NCBI RefSeq assembly: GCF_000009705.1
Contig: NC_003276.1
Span: forward strand, 180,001-212,000
DNA: 32,000 bases
Source: Nostoc sp. PCC 7120 = FACHB-418
GTDB lineage: Bacteria > Cyanobacteriota > Cyanobacteriia > Cyanobacteriales > Nostocaceae
Direction: 5' to 3'
Positions 8,717 to 16,700 of the stretch are shown one piece after another; the first letter of the stretch is position 1; each line of letters starts with the position of its first letter. Below the pieces are notes generated by a model, which was not told the DNA's origin, did no database searches, and saw only the letters and a program-made list of their open reading frames with translations. Position numbers and translations under genes: made by a program.

Positions 8717-10006
8717 ATGAGCTTAGACGCTGGATTTCAATGGAATGCTGCTCAACAACTCGTTGATCAGTTGATGCTACAGACTACGCAAAAGCATCTG
8801 AGTGATGTTGAAATCCAAGTTTTGCAGGGTGCATGGGAAGGTAAAACCTATGAAGCGATCGCAACTGAATCTTATCTTACCGTGAAGTATGTTAGTGAAG
8901 TCGGCGGGCGGTTGTGGCAATTGCTTTCAGAAGCACTCCAAGAAGAGGTGAAAAAAACCAATTTTCGCCAAGCCCTTCAGCGACGATGGCAAACCCTTCA
9001 GCCCCAATCTTACCAGGGAATTCAGCATCAACCATCTCGATGGGAATTTTGCTGTGCAGAGATTGATAAACCGGGGGCATTACTCCGCATTAAAGCACCG
9101 ATTCAGTTTGGTAAAACCACACTTATGGCGCAAGTTCTCAAGTATGCTCAAAAACAAGGGTATCGAGCGATCGCTATCAATCTCCGCGATGCGGTTGCTG
9201 ATGACTTTGATAGCTTAGATAGTTTCTTACAGTGGTTTATTGCTAGTGTCACCTATGCGCTGAATTTAACGGTTGATATGGAAACTCATTGGCGCAAAAG
9301 TTTAGGCAATAGCAAAATCAAGTGTAGAACTTATTTACAAAAATATCTCTTAACTGATGATATCCCCTTAGTCATTGCCTTAGATGAAGTGGATCGCCTA
9401 TTTACTCATCAATTAATTGCCGGTGAATTTCTGGGAATGCTGAGAACTTGGCATGAAGATGCTAAAACAAAATTGCTTTGGACTCAGTTACGTTTGATAG
9501 TTCTACACACTGAAGTTTACACCCAAATTGACATTAACCAATCACCATTTAACGCAGGTACAGTAATTCAACTGACAGAACTAAATTCCACAGAAATCCT
9601 CACTTTACTAAATCAGTATCAATTGCACTGGAGTCAGCAAGAGATGAAAAAATTAACTGCAATTGTTGGCGGACATCCTTACCTTGTTACCTTGACTTTA
9701 AAATTTCTGGCTCAAAATCCAACTTCCCTTGAGCAATTGCTCAATACAGCAGCAACTCCCAATAGTATCTACCGCAGCCATCTAGAAAGACAATGGCATA
9801 AGCTACAAACTCATTCTCATTTACTTGCACCATTGAAAGCGATCGCTTTAGCTGATGCTGCTATTTCCATTCAACCACATTTCCATCTCGATGATGTGGT
9901 GAAACTCTATGACTTGGGATTAATCCAGCTACAGCAACACCAAGTATCTATACGCTACGAACTTTACCGTCAATATTTTCGTGAACGTTTGGGAATTCAA
10001 ACATGA
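8717..10006 (+). CDS. LuxR-type HTH fused to an AAA_35 (AAA-like, STAND-related) NTPase (429 aa)
   Basis: LSDVEIQVLQGAWEGKTYEAIA...TVKYVSEVGGRLWQLL fits the LuxR/sigma-70 region-4 HTH pattern. Walker A-like APIQFGKTT and Walker B LVIALDEVD are present. The stop overlaps the next start (ATGA at 10003-10006). Confidence 0.75.
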   Translation: MSLDAGFQWNAAQQLVDQLMLQTTQKHLSDVEIQVLQGAWEGKTYEAIATESYLTVKYVSEVGGRLWQLLSEALQEEVKKTNFRQALQRRWQTLQPQSYQGIQHQPSRWEFCCAEIDKPGALLRIKAPIQFGKTTLMAQVLKYAQKQGYRAIAINLRDAVADDFDSLDSFLQWFIASVTYALNLTVDMETHWRKSLGNSKIKCRTYLQKYLLTDDIPLVIALDEVDRLFTHQLIAGEFLGMLRTWHEDAKTKLLWTQLRLIVLHTEVYTQIDINQSPFNAGTVIQLTELNSTEILTLLNQYQLHWSQQEMKKLTAIVGGHPYLVTLTLKFLAQNPTSLEQLLNTAATPNSIYRSHLERQWHKLQTHSHLLAPLKAIALADAAISIQPHFHLDDVVKLYDLGLIQLQQHQVSIRYELYRQYFRERLGIQT

Positions 10007-13000
10007 ACAATTACAACCATTATCAAGTCGGTGGTAGTTTACGAGAAGGTACAGAAATTTACGTTCATCGTCAAGCCGATAGTGATTTGTATACAGGACT
10101 AAAAGCGGGAATATTTTGCTATGTTCTCAACTCTAGACAGATGGGTAAATCAAGTTTAAGAGTGCGTACCATGTCGCGCTTACAGTCAGAAGGATTTGTT
10201 TGTATTGCCTTTGAAATGCGTGAACTCTGCGTTTATCAAGTGAGTGCAGATGAATTTTATGGAGGATTTGTCAGCCATTTTGCTAGTGAACTCAACATTG
10301 AAATTGATTTAGAATCTTGGTGGTCTCAAAATGCTTTGCTACATCCATTTTTACGGTTGAGTAAATTTGTGGAAGAAGTTTTACTAGCAAATATATCTCA
10401 GCAAATTATCGTTTTTGTAGATGAAATTGACAGTATTCTCAATCTAGAATTTAAGGATGATTTTTTTGCTTTTGTAAGAGCCTGCTACAACAAACGCGCT
10501 GATAAACCCCAATTTCAGAGGTTAACTTTTGCCCTATTTGGTGTGGCGACACCCACTGATTTAATCGCCGATAATAAATTTACACCACTGAATGTAGATA
10601 GTAGCGCCATCGAACTTACAGGTTTTCAATTGTCCGAAGCCAAACCCCTGGAACAAGGCTTAATTGAGGTGGCTGCAAATCCTACCAAGGTGATGGCAGA
10701 AATTTTAGCTTGGACTGGTGGACAACCATTTTTAACTCAATGGTTATGTCAACTAATTAATACAGCAAATACTTTTATTGCATCGGGATGGGAAAATTCA
10801 GCAGTAGAAGCGATTGTGCGATCGCAAATGATCGAACATTGGTTAGCAAATGACCGACAGCAGCATTTTCAAACAATTCGCGATCGCATTCTTCACAATA
10901 AATCTTTGGCTTGTTGGTCATTAGGACTTTATCAGCAATTGCTCAATAAAGGGGAACTTTCGGCTGAAGATAGCTGGGAGTTGATGCAGTTGTGTCTTTC
11001 TGGTTTGGTTGTCAAACGTCAAGGTAAATTGAGTATCTATAACCGCATCTACGCCACTGTTTTTGATTATACCTGGACAGAAAAAGCTTTGCGTGCTATC
11101 CGTCCCTATGGTGCAGAACTCGCCGCTTGGGAAATTTCTCAAGATGCTCAATATTTGCTGCAAAATGAAGCATTGCAGTGGGCGTTGGTTTGGGCAAAAG
11201 GATTGAGTTTAAGTCATAGTGATTATCAATTTTTATCTGCTAGCCAAGCCCAAGAACTAGCGATCGCCCAATCCAAAACCCAAACAGCGATACAACAAGA
11301 AACTCAAGCAATTCAGCGATTGAAAACCGTACAACATCAAACCAAAAAACGATTGCGAATTGGGGCGATCGCGCTTTCTGCGGCTGTAATTAGCACCATC
11401 GGCACGTTTTTCTACTTCCAGCAATCAGAACAGCAACTCAGAACTAATGCAGATATCTTAAATTTAGAACGCGAAGGAAGCCGAATTTTGCAAGTGCGTG
11501 CAGATGGCAATCAACTGAAGGATTTGCTAGGGGCGATGAAATTAGCGCAAAGACTCAAACAATTGACCAAACAGCATTCTTTTAAACATTTACCCACCCA
11601 CACGCCTTTATTTGCCCTACAAGCTGTTCTTGCCACGATTAATGAGCAGAATCGTTGGCATTTAGATAGTCCGGCGGTAGCGATCGCCTTTAGCCGTGAT
11701 GGACAAAAACTAGCAACTGGAGGAGAAGACGGGGCGATAACTCTTTGGACACTACAGGGAAAGAAAATTCAGACAATCAAAACTCACAAAACTAAAACTC
11801 TCCAAGGCTTCCCGATTTCCATTACTTCTTTGAGTTTTAGTCCTGATGGTCAGTATATTTTATCTGCTGACTCCGACTATGAAATCCAGGTTTGGCATCT
11901 CAAAACAGGTACTCTTGTCAATAAGCTAAAACTCGATCAAGAAACTCTTAGCGATGTCCAATTCACAAATGACAACAATATTGTGTTAGTCAACGACTTT
12001 GGCAGAGTTGCAGTCTTGAATTTGCAATGGAAATTACTTTACACTAGGCAGATTGCTCCACCTCAACAGGGTATTGACCTTACTATTAGTTTAGAAGGTG
12101 ATGCAATTGTCTTTATCAATGCCCAAGGAAAACCGGAAGTTAGAGACATTAAAACTGGTACGTTGATCAAAACCTATCCTAACATCACCCATAATTTAGG
12201 CGATCGCCTTTGGCACAGTTTCCACACAAAAGATGGTGCTTACATTTCTGCCAATCTCAACACCCTCAAATTGTGGCATCCAGACGGAACTTTACAAGCA
12301 GAAATCAAAACTCATCAATTGCTGGTTTCTGGTTTTAGTTCTAGCTTTGATGGTTCTGTCATCGCCACGAGTCACCCAGATGGAATGCTGAAACTCTGGA
12401 AAATCCATCCTCAAAAAATCTCCACTACATTAACACCACCAATACAAACTCCCCGTGTGGTTGTGGGAAATCAACAACGCATCAACCGCATACAACTACC
12501 GGGTGAAAAACTAAAAATTGCTGGGGCAAAATCTGATGCTCAAAATAGAATTATGGATGCCACTCTGAGTCCTGATGGACAGATAATTGCTGCCACAAAA
12601 TTCAATGGAGAAATGACGTTATATAAGGCAGATGGCAGCGAACTCAGAACAATACAAACTAATCTTCCGGAAAGTATGATTAAAGTTAGTCCCGATGGTT
12701 CGCGTTTAGTTTTGTTATCAATTCGTCAGCAAAAAATACAATTCAGGTTAGCAAATGGGGATTTAATTCAAGAAATGGATGCTGCTCATTATAAACCAGG
12801 AATCGAATTTAGTCCCGATGGCAAAGAGTTGGCAATCGCTGGTAATGAACCCGATAAAATTCAACTTTGGAGTAGTGAAGGTAAATTTTTAAAGACTATC
12901 AAAGATGCAGATTCGCTCTACTTTAGCCCCAACAATCAAACCTATATCACAGTAACTTCTGCCAATAACCCCATACCCACCCTGCGCCTATGGAGAAGAG

Positions 13001-13578
13001 ACGGAAAACTGCTCAAAACCCTATCAGGACAACCCCATGAAATCACAGCAATGGGATTTTCCCCCAGTGGTCAGTTTATGGTTGGCGATCGCTTTGGTAA
13101 ACTGGTAGTCTGGTCGGCTGAAGGTAATCTTATACAAACCCTCAATCATGGCGCAGCAATTATTGATATCGCTCTCCGTAACGACGGACAGCAGTTGGCG
13201 ACGGTGGGAATTAATCAAAATATCAAACTTTGGCGTTCTGATGGTACATTCATTCGCACACTTGAAACCAATCAAATTGGTCGCTTTGAATTTAGCCCAG
13301 ACGGGCAATTGTTGATTGCCAAGACTATTGATAGCACAATCCATATCTGGCAAGCCGACGGCACACCTATTACTCGCATCCCTATGGGTGGTGCATTTAA
13401 TACATTCCTCAATTTTACCCCAGATGGCAACCGTTTGATTTCTAGCAGTGGGTCAATGCTCTATTCTTTGAACCTGAATCTTGACGATCTCCTCACCCAA
13501 GGTTGCAATTGGCTGGGCGACTATTTCCAGAACCATCCCCAGGAGTTGCAGCAACTTCCATCTTGTCATAACCAATAG
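10003..13578 (+). CDS. AAA_35 NTPase - single TM helix - ~14 WD40 repeats (1191 aa)
   Basis: The N-terminus YVHRQADSDLY...YVLNSRQMGKSSL (Walker A) and IIVFVDEID (Walker B) are typical of the AAA-like domain family. The hydrophobic segment LRIGAIALSAAVISTIGTFFYF spans aa ~452-472 (nt 11356-11418). From ~11665 onward there are repeated FSPDGQ...x(15-20)...LW blades. Confidence 0.85.
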   Translation: MNNYNHYQVGGSLREGTEIYVHRQADSDLYTGLKAGIFCYVLNSRQMGKSSLRVRTMSRLQSEGFVCIAFEMRELCVYQVSADEFYGGFVSHFASELNIEIDLESWWSQNALLHPFLRLSKFVEEVLLANISQQIIVFVDEIDSILNLEFKDDFFAFVRACYNKRADKPQFQRLTFALFGVATPTDLIADNKFTPLNVDSSAIELTGFQLSEAKPLEQGLIEVAANPTKVMAEILAWTGGQPFLTQWLCQLINTANTFIASGWENSAVEAIVRSQMIEHWLANDRQQHFQTIRDRILHNKSLACWSLGLYQQLLNKGELSAEDSWELMQLCLSGLVVKRQGKLSIYNRIYATVFDYTWTEKALRAIRPYGAELAAWEISQDAQYLLQNEALQWALVWAKGLSLSHSDYQFLSASQAQELAIAQSKTQTAIQQETQAIQRLKTVQHQTKKRLRIGAIALSAAVISTIGTFFYFQQSEQQLRTNADILNLEREGSRILQVRADGNQLKDLLGAMKLAQRLKQLTKQHSFKHLPTHTPLFALQAVLATINEQNRWHLDSPAVAIAFSRDGQKLATGGEDGAITLWTLQGKKIQTIKTHKTKTLQGFPISITSLSFSPDGQYILSADSDYEIQVWHLKTGTLVNKLKLDQETLSDVQFTNDNNIVLVNDFGRVAVLNLQWKLLYTRQIAPPQQGIDLTISLEGDAIVFINAQGKPEVRDIKTGTLIKTYPNITHNLGDRLWHSFHTKDGAYISANLNTLKLWHPDGTLQAEIKTHQLLVSGFSSSFDGSVIATSHPDGMLKLWKIHPQKISTTLTPPIQTPRVVVGNQQRINRIQLPGEKLKIAGAKSDAQNRIMDATLSPDGQIIAATKFNGEMTLYKADGSELRTIQTNLPESMIKVSPDGSRLVLLSIRQQKIQFRLANGDLIQEMDAAHYKPGIEFSPDGKELAIAGNEPDKIQLWSSEGKFLKTIKDADSLYFSPNNQTYITVTSANNPIPTLRLWRRDGKLLKTLSGQPHEITAMGFSPSGQFMVGDRFGKLVVWSAEGNLIQTLNHGAAIIDIALRNDGQQLATVGINQNIKLWRSDGTFIRTLETNQIGRFEFSPDGQLLIAKTIDSTIHIWQADGTPITRIPMGGAFNTFLNFTPDGNRLISSSGSMLYSLNLNLDDLLTQGCNWLGDYFQNHPQELQQLPSCHNQ

Positions 13579-13606
13579 CTGAAAAGGTTTCATCAAACTT
13601 TTCAGC
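13578..13606. terminator. Hairpin GCTGAAAAG-(11)-CTTTTCAGC between convergent genes
   Basis: A 9-bp perfect stem starting at the last base of the WD40 gene stop codon. There is no clear U-tract, so terminator function is uncertain. Confidence 0.35.
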
Positions 13607-13772
13607 CATGTACAGTAGGGACTTGCAGAAAATAAATTATCCAAATTTAGTCAGGGTCATCGGGTGATGATTTATGTGACTTAAAAGCTTGAAATTACGT
13701 TAACTTTTGGTCACGTTATGGTTCAAAATTTGGTCACGCAGGGGGTAAAATCACACAAAATTATTTAAACTT

Positions 13773-16700
13773 TTAATGCTGCATCTCTACATCTCGTTTA
13801 TTCAAGATTGCCTCAACTTTAGTATTCGCATTCTCAAAAGTCTCTAACAGTTGGGGGGTTATTTTGTTGACTGTTATCTTGCCAGTCTCAACTTTCAAAA
13901 GTACATCTCCATCTTTTTGAGCAATGACTAAATCTTTGCGATCTCCGTTATAAGCCAAATCGTAAACTTTGCCCCTAACCACAGTAAAACCATCTTGGGC
14001 AGGCTGTCCCCAGACCATGCCAATCCTTTGCGCCATTTCGGTGAGCCGACTGATGTTGTGCAAGTCTTGCTTATCCTGTTGCATTGCCGCATAAGCTTTA
14101 TCCGATAACGCCTGACCTGCTTTGAAAGCATTGCCTATTTCCACAATGCGTTTTTTGTATTCATCAGGCTTGCCTAAGTTATGAGCATTGTCATACCAAT
14201 TCCTCAAGTCTTCAATAGTGACGGGAGGATTTGGCGAAGTCTTTTGTTGAGAATCTACAACTTGATTGTTAACTGTTGGCTCTCGATTTGATGCAATTTG
14301 ATTGACTATTGACGGCTGTGACGGTTGTAAAGACTGAGGGCGGTTCGGCAGCGATCGCACCATATCCTGATACTCCTGTTGCGACTCAATCACTGCACCA
14401 AACTTCTTAGTCATCGCCGCACTAACCGACTCAGGTATAGATGAATTGACCAAGTTGAAAACCGCTAGTCCTTTTTTAGTTTCTAGGGGAACTTCGTCTG
14501 GTAGTATTTGGGCGATCGCCACATTCTTCTGCTGCAACCATTGACAGACGGTCGCCACCTTGTGATTGTCCACGGCCATGCGCGTGATGCCAAGCATTTT
14601 ATCTTCAGGACTAGCGAACAATATGGTGGGACGCTCTTTGATTTTTTGCAATATCGGTGCAGTCTTTTCTAAGAGAAGTTGCTGTTCTTGGTTGAGTGCT
14701 TGAGTGCCAAAAGCCTGAGATTCCTTTGTCCAACTTTTGGGATACTTAATACTCTCTGGGTCTACTTTCAGTACAGTGGTCGAGAAATTACTTTGGAGGG
14801 TTGCTTGCACCTGTGTCAACTTTCCCGGTTGTAAAGCGCCTAGTTCTTTAAGAGCTTCCTTGTCTTTTTTGAAAAACAACACACCCAACGGCTGACCATT
14901 GAGAAACACTGCATCTTTGACCTGAGTTTGTGATACTTCTAACGTCAGCTTGCGATAGTTTTCATCATTAAATGTTTGCCCTTTGTAGTCATACTGTCCA
15001 ATATTATTGATTCTTAGTAGATTTCCGTTTGGCGATTCAGCCAGCACAAATCCCAGATTTTCTTTGTCAGAAATTGTTTTTAACTTGAGGTTGAAGGGTT
15101 GACCATCTTTAACAAGATTAAATGGTTGCAGCTGTTTGATTGAATCAGCATCTAATTCCCCTAGAGTTTTACCGTCTAGTTTGATTTTCACCGTTTGACT
15201 AGGTACTGATTTTGTGCCAATCTCTAATTTCACCGACTCAGCATTGAAGGTTTGTCCTGCATAAGCGAACTTGCCAATTTCTCTGATAGTGAAATTTACC
15301 TCCGGCTTTCCTGGAACTGCAATCGTGGCATTGGCTGTGTATGTTTCACCAGGGATAATATTAGCCAGAGCTTGAGTACCAATTGGTAGCTGTCCGGTTC
15401 TTGGTTCGAGCGATGCGTATTCCTTGTACTCGCCATTAGTATCCTGTACGAATACTAATCTTGAAGCGTGGCGCTCATGTCCTCTTGGATGGTGAGATGC
15501 CCTGATTTCAATCGGGTATTTCTCGTCGGGATGCCAAACTTTATCTTTGAAATTGTTCGCCTCGCTGCCCAATGTCCCTAATGTCATTTCATCAAATTGC
15601 AATTGTCTCAGTCGGGAAACAATTTCTTCTCCAAATGCAGCAAACACAAAGTTGGGTATTTTCTTTTGGATTGCAGTTTGAGACTGTTTATTTTCCTCCT
15701 CTCCATCATTTTTACGTTCCAGTTCATCCTGTCTTGCCGCACCAACACTCCATGCGGCGGCGGCGGCTCCTAATCTCTGCTCTGATGGTATACTTTCTCG
15801 GAACTTCTGGGCGTACTGGTTTGCCTTATCAAACATCAGCTTTGTCTGACTACGGCTTAGTTCTGGCTTCAATTCCACAAGTAGAGCATTATTGGTAGCC
15901 ATTCCTGGCTTGAGGTTGTAATCAGCCACTGACTGCTGACTCACTGTCCCCAGCTTGCGGTACAAGGGTTTGCCATCATCTGTCAGTTCATTATCAATTT
16001 GCGCTCTTGCTAATAATTTATGCGGTCGTTCTTTGCTGGGGTCGCTGTCTATCGTTTCCAGTTTCAGGTTTATCGTATGTGCCTTCCAAATACCGGGATG
16101 CCCATAGCGCGTGAGGTTCGTCACCTCGATTTGGGTTCCTTGACTCGTTTGGATCACCGCAGACGGCCCTTGCTCAGTTTCGCGCTTTATATCTATCCGC
16201 ACTGCCGCATTGAACAGTCGGTCATACTCGAATTTGGTGGCGATCGCTTCTAATCTCTGCTGCGATGTGAACTCTACTCCTTTAAATAAATCTTGAAACT
16301 GAACGATAGGACGTGATTCTAATTGTGATTGCTGAAAATATTTATTAGTTTGGATAATTAATAATTCTACTGGGGAATAGCCTTTAGTTTTGATACCCTC
16401 GTCTAAATAAATTGTTTTTAATTTCTTATCTTTAATGTAATTAACATCTCGATATAAGTAGCGATTATTCTCCTTAATTAACCCCATTTCTGGTGTTTTA
16501 GAGCTTTTAAACAGGTCTACCGCTATCTGGTTTTGAAAACAACCTTCTTCAATCATCTTCCGGTACATTTGGCGATTAACTTTCATCGCCTGAAGTATGA
16601 TTTGGGGCGCTCTCTCGGTCTGGGCTAGAGCTACAAAATCTTCCATGTATGATTTGTACTCTTGCCTAATTGGTTTAGGGCGTTCTTGGTTTTCTTGGGA

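Noticed and set aside
10003-13578. Eukaryotic contamination suggested by a long WD40-repeat protein
   Set aside because: The gene contains many cyanobacterial HIP1 sites and is translationally coupled (ATGA) to its neighbour. It also has the AAA_35-WD40 architecture typical of filamentous cyanobacteria.
13706-13738. Direct repeat TTTGGTCACG x2 (contains the STRR2-like heptamer TTGGTCA)
   Set aside because: There are only two copies, 23 nt apart and not tandem, so this is not an STRR array. It lies downstream of both convergent genes, and its significance cannot be supported.
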